DNA of 64,000 nt. Source: a virus. The stretch is from positions 1 through 64,000 of IMG/VR virus record IMGVR_UViG_3300042503_000838, one strand, 5' to 3'. The notes under the pieces are model-generated. The model saw nothing but the letters and a program-made list of their open reading frames with translations. It searched no databases and was not told the DNA's origin. The position numbers and the translations under genes were made by a program. Position 1 is the first letter of the stretch. Each line of letters opens with the position of its first letter. Shown piece by piece: positions 37,432 through 46,058 of the stretch.

Positions 37432-37564
37432 AAGCAACACGAAATAGTTTCAACCCCAATTGTACGAGGCTGTTTTGCTTCAACTTAGACACACCAATGA
37501 TTTCAGAAGCTGCAAACGCAGCAAGCCACAAAGCAGCTTGAACTTGAGGATCAGAAAAGTCCAT
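37400..37564 (-). CDS. Small membrane protein (holin candidate), 54 aa
   Basis: MDFSDPQVQAALWLAAFAASEIIGVSKLKQNSLVQLGLKLFRVAYGSLAKKVSK; directly after the endolysin; basic C-terminus. Confidence 0.6.
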   Translation of the reverse strand: MDFSDPQVQAALWLAAFAASEIIGVSKLKQNSLVQLGLKLFRVAYGSLAKKVSK

Positions 37565-37569
37565 AACAT

Positions 37570-38673
37570 TTACCCAGGTTTCTTAATCAAAATAGCCCAG
37601 CCAGATCCTGGGCCTTCTACTAACCACCTTTTGTTCCAGTTCTTTTTGGAATACGCAACACCTTTTCCTCCTGTGTGGTTGATGTAACCACCGTTGACCA
37701 TATTTGCTTCACCGTTTGGATCGTTCTGAATCCAAGCACCTTCTGTGTACCCAATTACTACAGAATAGTGCCCAGAGCCACCAGGATCGCCTACAGGGCC
37801 CTTGTGGAGCCATCCAGCTACTACGGGCCTACCAGCGTCTAACTCGCCTTGTAGAAGCTCCTGGGTGCCTCTCTGAGTGAAGCTCGCATCAAGCCCTAAA
37901 TGCTTAAGAGTTTTGATTTGTGCTTGAGCGTCTGTTGAATCGCCATACCGCTTCCTAATGGCGTTATATTCATCGTCTGTTTTTACCTTGCCGTAAAACT
38001 CAGCCACCATTGCACAGCTACTAGAGAAACACTCTCGATACCCAGTGCCACTTTTGTTGTCGTTTTGGTACTCGTAAGGTACCTTTAGTATTACTTGTTT
38101 TGCTAATACTTTTGATTTATTAGGATTACGACTAACAAGATTAATAAGTTTGTCAGTATAAGCAGGATCTGTTGCGTATCCCTGTTTAGCTAGTTGTTTA
38201 GCTGCTTCTGTTGCACTGGAGGCGTTGTTGACACCTTTATAACTTTTGTAATCTTTGTACCACCGCTCAACGAGGTATGTAACGCACTCTTTAAGAGAAG
38301 AGAAATTAAGAAACCCGTCCCTAACAGAAATAGGTACTCCATTTACATACTCCGTTGTTTCTACGGACTTACCAGAGCCTTTAAGTCCAAAGTAATTATG
38401 AGTCCCCGATGTGTGTTTACCCCAGTTACTTTCCAAGGCCCACTGAGCTGCTACTAGCTCTGGATACTTAGCCCCCGCTTCCCGCGCTAGCTGCTCTACA
38501 CCGTCCCAAGACCCAGTGCTAGGAATGCTGTTCTTAGGACCAGACCGCCACAAATCAGAAAACTTTGCAATGGTCCCTGGAGGAATCTGATCCTGCAGGA
38601 AGTCCAAAGCAAAGTTTTGATGTTCTTGGTTGTTGTAATACTTAACTACGTCACGAAGAGATACGTCTGTCAT
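37570..38673 (-). CDS. Endolysin: GH73 glucosaminidase plus C39-like peptidase domain
   Basis: 'AQWALESNWG...NYFGLKG...YATDPAY' (GH73); 'VPYEYQ...CFSSSCAM...GHYSVVIGY...NDP' (C39-like). Confidence 0.85.
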   Translation of the reverse strand: MTDVSLRDVVKYYNNQEHQNFALDFLQDQIPPGTIAKFSDLWRSGPKNSIPSTGSWDGVEQLAREAGAKYPELVAAQWALESNWGKHTSGTHNYFGLKGSGKSVETTEYVNGVPISVRDGFLNFSSLKECVTYLVERWYKDYKSYKGVNNASSATEAAKQLAKQGYATDPAYTDKLINLVSRNPNKSKVLAKQVILKVPYEYQNDNKSGTGYRECFSSSCAMVAEFYGKVKTDDEYNAIRKRYGDSTDAQAQIKTLKHLGLDASFTQRGTQELLQGELDAGRPVVAGWLHKGPVGDPGGSGHYSVVIGYTEGAWIQNDPNGEANMVNGGYINHTGGKGVAYSKKNWNKRWLVEGPGSGWAILIKKPG

Positions 38674-38905
38674 TTAGTAGGATCCGATCTAGTTTTTCGT
38701 CGATGTGTTGGATCCGTTGGTCAATACGGTCCATCATCGGCATTAGCTCGTCCTTTCTAACAAACTCTTTGTGAATCGTCATCTCCACTTGATCAATACG
38801 ACGGTCCAACTCTGAATGCCGTTTGTGAGACCAAGCAAAAGTACCGCCAGCAAGGCTAGCAAGACCAAGAAAAGTGGACAGGATGAAGGAAGGTTCCATA
38901 ATCAA
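38651..38905 (-). CDS. Single-TM coiled-coil protein (lysis-associated candidate)
   Basis: Hydrophobic N-terminus followed by heptads 'IDQRIQHIDEKLDRIL'; directly upstream of the endolysin. Confidence 0.6.
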   Translation of the reverse strand: MIMEPSFILSTFLGLASLAGGTFAWSHKRHSELDRRIDQVEMTIHKEFVRKDELMPMMDRIDQRIQHIDEKLDRILLNDRRISS

Positions 38906-39120
38906 ACGCCCCTTAACGTGGCTCTAAGTTTCCTGGCATTTTTAATAATCTCTTGACCACGAGGCGTAGTTTTCAAGGCGTTGTTAAGCTTTTTAAGATC
39001 AGCTGCCCTTTCCTCAGGTGACAGATTTGGTTCGTCGTCAACGGGACCAATCAAAAAGCTAGGACCACCAGCAACTTTGGTGTCCCGTTTCTTCATCCCG
39101 TAACCAGATTTACTTTTCAT
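38902..39120 (-). CDS. Small basic protein
   Basis: ORF track; coupled to neighbours. Confidence 0.6.
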   Translation of the reverse strand: MKSKSGYGMKKRDTKVAGGPSFLIGPVDDEPNLSPEERAADLKKLNNALKTTPRGQEIIKNARKLRATLRGV

Positions 39121-39209
39121 TTTTTAGGTACGCAATTGGGAACTGTTTTAGTACCCTTCTTTTTGGTACCAACCATTTCGTAACCTTTCCAGCAGGGTCC
39201 TTTAGCCAT
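39117..39209 (-). CDS. 30-aa basic peptide with CWKGY...VPNCVP motif
   Basis: MAKGPCWKGYEMVGTKKKGTKTVPNCVPKK; overlaps both neighbours' start/stop codons. Confidence 0.7.
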   Translation of the reverse strand: MAKGPCWKGYEMVGTKKKGTKTVPNCVPKK

Positions 39210-39499
39210 TAGGTAACTCCACGAAGTTTGTAACTTTTTGGTTTTCTATTATCAGCTCCAGGCATTTTATCTTTTGTACCTGGGCCAAAACCACGACGAT
39301 TTTCTGGCGTATTCCAGTGGCGACCTCCGTGCCAATTATGTTGAGCGGGAGAAACGTCACGAGGAAGTTCGTTTAATTTGGCGTCTAAAAAAGTACGGTT
39401 TTTACGCGGTACATCGGAATACAGTCGATCTTCTCTAGCAGGTGAAGAGAAAATTTCAAGCAAGCTTTTACGTTTTTGTTTAGGCATAGTCGTGCTCAC
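39209..39499 (-). CDS. Small basic protein
   Basis: ORF track; coupled. Confidence 0.6.
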   Translation of the reverse strand: MSTTMPKQKRKSLLEIFSSPAREDRLYSDVPRKNRTFLDAKLNELPRDVSPAQHNWHGGRHWNTPENRRGFGPGTKDKMPGADNRKPKSYKLRGVT

Positions 39500-39969
39500 T
39501 TCATTTTGGTGTTGTACTTACGACCACGCCAACTAAATTCTTCACGACCAGTTTTACGGGCCATAGAGAACGCATCATCAAAAGAACCTTTGTCAGCTTT
39601 CATTTGCTGATCACGAAGTTCCAATTGACGACGACCTTTGTTCTCTTCATAAAACCGCTTCTTCATTTCTGGAGTCAGTTCAGCCTTAGCCGTAGGGCGA
39701 GGTTTCATAACTTCAGCAGCGATAGCCAAAGGAACAGACAAACGCGACATAGCTCCCCCACCACCGCCACGACCAACACTAGAGGTCCTAGCAGCTCCTG
39801 AAGGGGTCACAGTGCCAGGCATAGAGGCCCTAGGCAGTCGAGCCGTTTGCATAGGCCTTTCACGACCACTAGGGGTTTTTAGACCTCGACCTCGTTGAGT
39901 AGCTCCTTTACCTTCAGGAGCAAAGCGACCAGCGTTACTGCGAGTCTTACCGCCGCGTTTGATTGGCAT
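39496..39969 (-). CDS. Arg/Lys-rich protein
   Basis: 157 aa; C-terminal 'SFDDAFSMARKTGREEFSWRGRKYNTK'. Confidence 0.65.
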   Translation of the reverse strand: MPIKRGGKTRSNAGRFAPEGKGATQRGRGLKTPSGRERPMQTARLPRASMPGTVTPSGAARTSSVGRGGGGGAMSRLSVPLAIAAEVMKPRPTAKAELTPEMKKRFYEENKGRRQLELRDQQMKADKGSFDDAFSMARKTGREEFSWRGRKYNTKMK

Positions 39970-39973
39970 AGTC

Positions 39974-40120
39974 TTACTTGGTTTTGTAACCTTTTTTCAT
40001 TTTGCCACCCTTTTGGATTTGCGGTTTACCAGCAGCTTTAGCCTCCTTAGACCACCGCTTAGCAATTACAGGCTCTTGAGAGTACATATAACGCATCTGC
40101 TTTTCAGATTTAAACGGCAT
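39974..40120 (-). CDS. Small basic protein (MPFKSEKQMRYM...)
   Basis: 48 aa from ATG 40120. Confidence 0.7.
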   Translation of the reverse strand: MPFKSEKQMRYMYSQEPVIAKRWSKEAKAAGKPQIQKGGKMKKGYKTK

Positions 40121-40155
40121 AGCTAAAGTAAATAACTCTTTAAAAACATAACAAC

Positions 40156-40186
40156 AAAAACAGCCCAAAGATTACTCCAAGGGCTG
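40156..40186 (-). terminator. Possible terminator
   Basis: CAGCCC...GGGCTG stem followed by TTTTTGTT on the minus strand. Confidence 0.45.
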
Positions 40187-40218
40187 CAAATAGAATTTAA
40201 AGTTTTTTACGTTTTTAC

Positions 40219-40613
40219 TCAGCTAGAGCAGTCAGAACGAGAAAACACAAATTCAACAGATGGGGTACCGCCAGTAATAGTTACCAAACGACCTCGAACA
40301 GCTCGAAAAGGTACGTTTTGGATGCTAAACGCAGTTGAACCATTGGCAGTAATTGTAGTGTCACCACCAGCAGGCCCAGGCTTTCGCCGGTCGTGGGGTT
40401 GTGATCGAAGCGGGGCTCGTTCGTCGTCGCCGTCTTGATCAGCCCGTCGCTGCCCACGAACGTACCGCTGCTGGCGCGGGTGAAGGTGATGCGAGGATCA
40501 AGAGTTTTTGTACGGGCAAATTGAAGGTCTAAAGAAGAGGTATTAAAAATACCGCCATTTCTGACGGTAGGAAACACGCTCTCCATTAGACGCTTGGGAG
40601 CAATAATTTTCAT
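40219..40613 (-). pseudogene. Fusion scar: truncated fibre/lectin-type gene 5' end joined out of frame to the 3' remnant of another gene
   Basis: 'LDPRITFTRASSGTFVGSDGLIKTATTNEPRFDHNPTTGESLGLLV' stops abruptly at ~40366. A different frame (40365-40219) reads GDTTITANGSTAFSIQNVPFRAVRGRLVTITGGTPSVEF with no start codon. Confidence 0.6.
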
Positions 40614-40741
40614 TTACCTTGACCGCGATAAACCTTTTTACCCATCTTAAACTTACTGTTTTTACTTTTACCTTGACTGGTTTGCTTAGGTTTTGGTGGC
40701 AGTTTTACTGGTTTGCCGTTAAGAGTTTTACGGTTAGACAT
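40610..40741 (-). CDS. 43-aa basic peptide ending RGQGK
   Basis: MSNRKTLNGKPVKLPPKPKQTSQGKSKNSKFKMGKKVYRGQGK. Confidence 0.75.
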   Translation of the reverse strand: MSNRKTLNGKPVKLPPKPKQTSQGKSKNSKFKMGKKVYRGQGK

Positions 40742-40759
40742 AATCAATTGCTTAAATAG

Positions 40760-40792
40760 AAAAAGGCAACCAGTTTGAAATGACCGGTTGCC
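40760..40792 (-). terminator. Intrinsic terminator after the tail-fibre gene
   Basis: GGCAACCGGT-CATTTCAA-ACTGGTTGCC followed by TTTTT. Confidence 0.8.
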
Positions 40793-40809
40793 CGCCTTAG
40801 CAAGCAGGA

Positions 40810-41904
40810 CTACACGCCCTCAAGGGCTGCAACTTTGGCTTCGATGGTTTCGATCTTGGCGATGGCTTCTTGGAGCGCTTTCACCAACCGTGCCTCTGTT
40901 TTGCTCCAACCAGTAACGGTAAGCATGTCGTCGGTACCCTGGGCAACAGCGTCTGGATATACCTGCTCCATCTCCTGCGCAATAAAACCAATTTGATGAC
41001 CACTACCATCTTTGTAATCAAATTCAACTGGCCTTAAGCTGCAGATATTTTGTAGTTGTGAAGGGATGTCGACGATATTTTCTTTCAACCTGGCATCTGA
41101 AAAACTTCCAAATGCGGCGGCGCCACTACCATTCGCGTTAATTTGCCCGCTGCCACCAGTGCCGTTGTTGATGTAGAAACGCTGGAAGATCTGCGCAGTT
41201 GTGGAGTTGTTGTCAAACTTAGATATAGCAATTCCTTCAAGAATGGCATCGCCGGCTCCGCTTCCAGAGAACAAAGCTATTCGCTGTGATGTTTCAGCAG
41301 GTATATTTGCGGAAACAAACAACTTGCCAGTGCTGATATTTGTGCCTCCAATAAGCAGCGCACCGGTGCTAGTCAACCTCATCCGCTCCGTCGGACTAGC
41401 CGCGCCGTCTGCAGTAGTGGAGAACACTAGGCGGCCTGGCATGTCACCAGATGCGCCAGGGGTGCCGTCTACAAAAGCAACAATGCTTGCTGCTTGATCA
41501 AAGCTCGTGCCATTGGCGCCACTAAAAGAAATAGCTCCAAGTGCATCTCCGCTGGCAACAATTGTGTTCGTTCCTTTCGTTGCAGACTTGGACCGGCCTA
41601 GGACGATGCCAGCCGGGTCGCCAGCGACAGAGGAGTATCTTGTAGCAGTGATATAAGAATCCGCTGAAGTGCCAACAATCTGCAACGCACCGTCTAGGAG
41701 GTTGTTAACGCTAGTAGACGTGCCAACTAAGAGCCTGCCACTGGCATCCGTCCGCCATCTCTCTGTACCACCCGTACTAGCGATAATGACATCACTCCCA
41801 AAGCTGATGCCGGTGTTGGTATCTGTACCCTGCAGAGCTGGTGTAGCAGCTGAACCGTCTACACCGGAGATGCCAGATGTACCGTTGATGTAAAGAGGTG
41901 CCAT
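40810..41904 (-). CDS. Tail fibre with C-terminal intramolecular chaperone (peptidase S74-like)
   Basis: 'SDARLKENI...L..LRPVEFDYK..GFIAQEMEQVYPDAV' followed by a coiled coil. ATG 41904 follows the upstream TGA. Confidence 0.9.
   Translation of the reverse strand: MAPLYINGTSGISGVDGSAATPALQGTDTNTGISFGSDVIIASTGGTERWRTDASGRLLVGTSTSVNNLLDGALQIVGTSADSYITATRYSSVAGDPAGIVLGRSKSATKGTNTIVASGDALGAISFSGANGTSFDQAASIVAFVDGTPGASGDMPGRLVFSTTADGAASPTERMRLTSTGALLIGGTNISTGKLFVSANIPAETSQRIALFSGSGAGDAILEGIAISKFDNNSTTAQIFQRFYINNGTGGSGQINANGSGAAAFGSFSDARLKENIVDIPSQLQNICSLRPVEFDYKDGSGHQIGFIAQEMEQVYPDAVAQGTDDMLTVTGWSKTEARLVKALQEAIAKIETIEAKVAALEGV
41263..41393. repeat. Direct repeat copy 2 (copy 1 at 1-131)
   Basis: Encodes TERMRLTSxGALLIGGTNISTGKLFVSANIPAETSQRIALFSG in both copies. 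Confidence 0.95.
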
Positions 41905-41905
41905 G

Positions 41906-42571
41906 TCAAACAATGCTCCAAGTTGAGCCAGCGGGAACTGTGACAACAGCGCCTGCTTGAATAGTGAGGGGGCCCGCTGAAATAACGTTCTTCCCGGTGC
42001 TGATGGTATAACTCTGAGTAATGGTATTGTCGTGCTCTACTGCCCAACGGTCTGAGCCACCACCCGTAGCACCACCGCCTAGTTGACTCCAAGTACCTTG
42101 ACCGTAACCTTCGTATTGAAGATTAGTGGTGTTGTAACGAATATAACCAGTTGCAACAGGAGAAGGTCGTTGGGCAGTAGTGCCAACAGGAACTTTTAAG
42201 AAACCAGAGCCATTGACGTTAACGCTATCAGGAAAGGTGAAGACACCACTGGTAGCGATAGAAGCAGGGATGATGGTGCCATCACTGGGGCGCCCAATAG
42301 CTTGCATGTCGCCAAAGACGACACAGAAGAAGGTAGTACCAGTAATTGGCGGGGTGGTGAATGTAATCCCAGAGCCAGAGATTGTAAAATCAACCTCTGG
42401 TTCTTGGATAACACCACCCAAGGACAGCATTAAGTTGCGTGCCGTACCAGGTAAAACACCTTGTCCACCTGCTGCCAGGGTAAAGCCACTGGCTGTTCCG
42501 TTAAAACCACCAGAGATTTGGTCGATTTTAATATAACGACCAACTACAGGTTGTTGACCAATGTAGCTCAA
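41906..42571 (-). CDS. Tail/baseplate-fibre-associated protein
   Basis: MSYIGQQP start, 'FNGTASGFTL', 'LGGVIQEP.VDFTISGS.ITFTTPP', 'VPVGTTAQRP...GYIRYNTT...EGY'. Confidence 0.75.
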   Translation of the reverse strand: MSYIGQQPVVGRYIKIDQISGGFNGTASGFTLAAGGQGVLPGTARNLMLSLGGVIQEPEVDFTISGSGITFTTPPITGTTFFCVVFGDMQAIGRPSDGTIIPASIATSGVFTFPDSVNVNGSGFLKVPVGTTAQRPSPVATGYIRYNTTNLQYEGYGQGTWSQLGGGATGGGSDRWAVEHDNTITQSYTISTGKNVISAGPLTIQAGAVVTVPAGSTWSIV

Positions 42572-42602
42572 CTTTACCCTACGCGCTTGTTTCTATTTTA
42601 GA

Positions 42603-42788
42603 TCATTCAGACTTAGCCTCGGCTTCCTCTTCTTGCAGTTGCTTCAAAGCATTGAGTGCACCTTGAAGAGAAAGGGCTTTCTCCTTGGCTGCATTCTGGA
42701 CCTGAAGTGCTTGGTTGTGTTGTTCCACAACTTCTTCCAGTTCCTTGTAGAGGGTATCAATCTTTTCTTGAATCGAGGCCATGGTCAA
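42603..42788 (-). CDS. Small coiled-coil protein
   Basis: 61 aa heptad pattern. Confidence 0.6.
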   Translation of the reverse strand: MTMASIQEKIDTLYKELEEVVEQHNQALQVQNAAKEKALSLQGALNALKQLQEEEAEAKSE

Positions 42789-42835
42789 TAAATAAGCTGA
42801 TCAAATTATAGATTAATTATCAGCTCAAGGGGGGT

Positions 42836-43069
42836 TTAAGCAAGCCCAAACAATTCTTTAAGTTCTGCCACAGTCAGCCCAGCAGCTTCAAGTTTCTGCT
42901 CGGTGGTTAGCACGGGAGCCGGTGCAGGCTCAGGGGCAGGCTCGGGCATATTACCAGCCTCGACCCACTCCAGATAGGCCTGGTAGTCGGTGTTGGCAGG
43001 GTCGGGTGGGATGAAGGCGTTGTCGGTGAGGCGGAGGATGCAGTCGGAAGTGGTGAGTTGGTAGGTCAT
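42836..43069 (-). CDS. Tail-fibre assembly/chaperone-like small protein
   Basis: 'FIPPDPANTDYQAYLEWVEAGN.PEPA', typically found downstream of phage fibre genes. Confidence 0.75.
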   Translation of the reverse strand: MTYQLTTSDCILRLTDNAFIPPDPANTDYQAYLEWVEAGNMPEPAPEPAPAPVLTTEQKLEAAGLTVAELKELFGLA

Positions 43070-43072
43070 GGG

Positions 43073-44137
43073 TTACAGCTCGGCGGAGGCGGCAAAAAAG
43101 AAAGCATTGGTATTCGTGAAACTGGCGTAAAACCCAAACGAACCACTTTGTAAATCCGTAAATGTTCCAAGTGTTAGCGTTAGCGAAACTGTTGCCGACG
43201 CACGTTTTGTGACCTTAAACGGTACATGGGCGTAGCTACCGCCGTTAGCAACAGTTTGATTCACGCCGGAATTAGTTTCGTAATATCTCTGACACAACGC
43301 CAGCTCCTGCCCGTAGCTCCTGCGCTCAAAAGGAGTGGCTACTGTGCCCGCTTCGAGTTGCACGCCGGTGATGTAGAAGGTGGCGCCGTTGGTTGCCAAC
43401 AGTGAAGTAACACCACTGAAAGCACCTCGTCCACCTCCACTAGCACCCCATGCATTAGTGGACTGATGCCAGTCAGAGCCAGATCCAATGTTAAATGTCA
43501 GGCGGAGTCCAGTAGTGTTGTCAGTCGCCCATGTCCCAGTGATATCTCCTGGGATAACAATCGTCTTGTACTCCCACGTGTTTGCGGCAGCAATAGAGTA
43601 AGGGGCCGCATAAGACCTTGAGGCAGCATTATTAGCAAGGCCAACGCCAAAAGATCCAGTCAGGGAACTCCTAACCCAGAATGACAACGTAACTGTCTGC
43701 GCAGAAGCCGTGCCCCAACCAAAATCGGCTACATTAAATCCTTCAATGTATTGACTAAAAAACTTGGAGTCTGCTGCTGAAGGGGCGGAGCTTGTTGTAG
43801 TGGTAATAAGCGTTGAATTTGTAAATAGAGCGGGGGATAGCGCTGATCTCTGTGCTGTGAATGCTGATGAACCACCTATGTTCTGAGCAAAAAACCTATC
43901 AAGAAAGTAGAGACTACCATTCCCTACACCTACGGTTACACTCGCCCCAGCGTTCCTTTGATCAATCCGCATATCACCGTTGATAATGCGATTACGGGCA
44001 CCAGCAAGCGGCCCGCCGTTGATGCTGCTAACTGTCGGAGCAATTGGCGACGCTAACTTTTCTGTTGTTACTGCACCATTATTGATGTTGTTGGTATTGA
44101 CATCAAAAGAGCTAGTTGTATTACCAATGTATGGCAT
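43073..44137 (-). CDS. Tail fibre / carbohydrate-binding virion protein
   Basis: 'RNRIINGDMRIDQR', 'VTLSFWVRSSLTG', 'ITGVQLEAGTVATPFERRSYGQELALCQRYY'. Confidence 0.85.
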   Translation of the reverse strand: MPYIGNTTSSFDVNTNNINNGAVTTEKLASPIAPTVSSINGGPLAGARNRIINGDMRIDQRNAGASVTVGVGNGSLYFLDRFFAQNIGGSSAFTAQRSALSPALFTNSTLITTTTSSAPSAADSKFFSQYIEGFNVADFGWGTASAQTVTLSFWVRSSLTGSFGVGLANNAASRSYAAPYSIAAANTWEYKTIVIPGDITGTWATDNTTGLRLTFNIGSGSDWHQSTNAWGASGGGRGAFSGVTSLLATNGATFYITGVQLEAGTVATPFERRSYGQELALCQRYYETNSGVNQTVANGGSYAHVPFKVTKRASATVSLTLTLGTFTDLQSGSFGFYASFTNTNAFFFAASAEL

Positions 44138-44139
44138 GA

Positions 44140-44511
44140 TCAGATCGTATTATCTTGAGGGTTCAACATGTACGAAACAGTAACGTCAATGGCGCTACCA
44201 GTGCCAGCATAAGCTCGGATCACGTCTTCTGATTGAATGATAACCTTATTACCGGTCATGAATTCAAGAGAAGACTGGTTTGGTACAGTGCCAGAGGTAA
44301 CGAGCGATCCCGTGGGGGTACCGCCTGACTTAATTAACTGTACAGTAACGTTCTGAGAGTTGGCCGTAGTGTTGGAAGCCAAGATGCTCAAGATAACGCC
44401 ATAGGTGCCAGCGGGTACACCACTTGCGTTTGACGTGCCAGAAATAATTACAGTTGGAGACGCAACTCCACTAGCAATATTGGATCTAACAACAGAAATA
44501 AAACGAGCCAT
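44140..44511 (-). CDS. Small beta-rich virion protein
   Basis: 123 aa within the fibre cluster. Confidence 0.6.
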   Translation of the reverse strand: MARFISVVRSNIASGVASPTVIISGTSNASGVPAGTYGVILSILASNTTANSQNVTVQLIKSGGTPTGSLVTSGTVPNQSSLEFMTGNKVIIQSEDVIRAYAGTGSAIDVTVSYMLNPQDNTI

Positions 44512-44553
44512 TTATTTGCAGTTATCAGTACAGTTTTCTTAATTATAAGGTCT

Positions 44554-46005
44554 TCAACCTAGGGCAATGGCAAACACAATCGCAGCATTGTCTGCATATG
44601 GTTGCGTTGCAACTGTTTGACCACTAAAAGTAAGGCCAGAAGTAAACGCTCCGCTCACACCAGTTAAAGTCTGAAATAAACCAGTGGCTCCAGTAATTGT
44701 GGTGAAGTTGCCGGTAGTAGAGGTAAAGGTGTTACCCGTCAGCGAAATAAATGTACCAATAGTTGCCGCAACTGTATTGCCGCTAACCGTTAAGCCACTA
44801 ACAAGCGTGGTACCAACAACGGTTACACCCGTTAAAGAGGTAAATGCCCCACTGGCGCCTGTGATTGTCGTGCCTGAAACTTGTGCAGTGAATACACCAG
44901 AGACACCGGTAATATTCGTAAACGCTGCATTGGTACCCGTAACGGTTGTACCCGATATGCGGCTGGTAAATACACCGGAAACACCTGTGACACTGGTAGC
45001 TAATACAGTGTCACCAGTTACGGTAGTCCCTGACAAGTTGGTGTAAACACCGGATACGCCAGTAATTACTGCAAAACGACCCGCGTCTCCAGTAATTACA
45101 GCACCTGATAAAACCTGTGAAAATACACCGGAAATACCACTAACAGAACCAAAAGAACCTACGTTACCTGTAACGGTTGCACCCGATACTCGAGTTGTAA
45201 AAGTCCCAGAAACACCAGTAATTGATGTGGCGTTAACAGTTGATCCAGTAATGGATGCACCTGATAACGTACTTGTAAAAACACCCGTTACACCAGTAAC
45301 AGTTGTAAATTGTGCCGTGGTCCCAGTAACAGTTGTTCCTGATAATGTTCCGGTGACTTGTACGCCAGATGCAAATTGAGCAAGACCGGTAACGGTCAAG
45401 CCACTTGCAACGGACAGGTTACCGTTTACGTTCAGGACGGGAGTTACAAGCGTTCCGAAAATACCACTGATACCTTCGACCAAACCACCTGTAATCGTGG
45501 CGCCGCTTAAAAAACTAAACTGTCCAGATGTTGCCTGTAACGTATTACCAGTAATCGTTGCACCCGAAAGACTGGTGCTGAAGTTACCGCTTACAAAATT
45601 TGAAGTGGCACCGGTAACCGTGGTGAATGTACCTGTTACCGAATTGATTGTTGTGGATTGAATTGCCTGACCAGTAATTGTTTGCCCGCTGATCGTGCCA
45701 CTTGTGGTTAAATTGTTTTGAACAATAACGCCACTAAAGGTCGCAAGGCCACCACCTGCAATTGTATTAACAACGGTAGCGCCTGTTACAGTTAAATTCC
45801 CTAGTATCGAGACATTCCCTGTAACAGTGCCACCAGTGGTTGTTATATATTTGGTTGTAAGGTAATCCCTAAAACCAGAAATTGTAATTTTCTTGTTTTT
45901 AAGTGCGGGGTCCACCTCCGCAATGTGGACCATCGTCAGCAGATCCTGCTCAGCTACATCAGCTCCAGCTAAAGCTGGAAGTTCTGTAATACGACGATTT
46001 GCCAC
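44554..46005 (-). CDS. Thr/Gly/Ser-rich repetitive fibre protein
   Basis: 'RRITELPAL' N-terminus; repeated SGxT(V/I)TG...TGVSGVFT units. Confidence 0.8.
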   Translation of the reverse strand: MANRRITELPALAGADVAEQDLLTMVHIAEVDPALKNKKITISGFRDYLTTKYITTTGGTVTGNVSILGNLTVTGATVVNTIAGGGLATFSGVIVQNNLTTSGTISGQTITGQAIQSTTINSVTGTFTTVTGATSNFVSGNFSTSLSGATITGNTLQATSGQFSFLSGATITGGLVEGISGIFGTLVTPVLNVNGNLSVASGLTVTGLAQFASGVQVTGTLSGTTVTGTTAQFTTVTGVTGVFTSTLSGASITGSTVNATSITGVSGTFTTRVSGATVTGNVGSFGSVSGISGVFSQVLSGAVITGDAGRFAVITGVSGVYTNLSGTTVTGDTVLATSVTGVSGVFTSRISGTTVTGTNAAFTNITGVSGVFTAQVSGTTITGASGAFTSLTGVTVVGTTLVSGLTVSGNTVAATIGTFISLTGNTFTSTTGNFTTITGATGLFQTLTGVSGAFTSGLTFSGQTVATQPYADNAAIVFAIALG

Positions 46006-46058
46006 TGTATACGCACAGGTACTCCTAAATCAATTATAGTTTCTCTGAGCCTAGTAAA

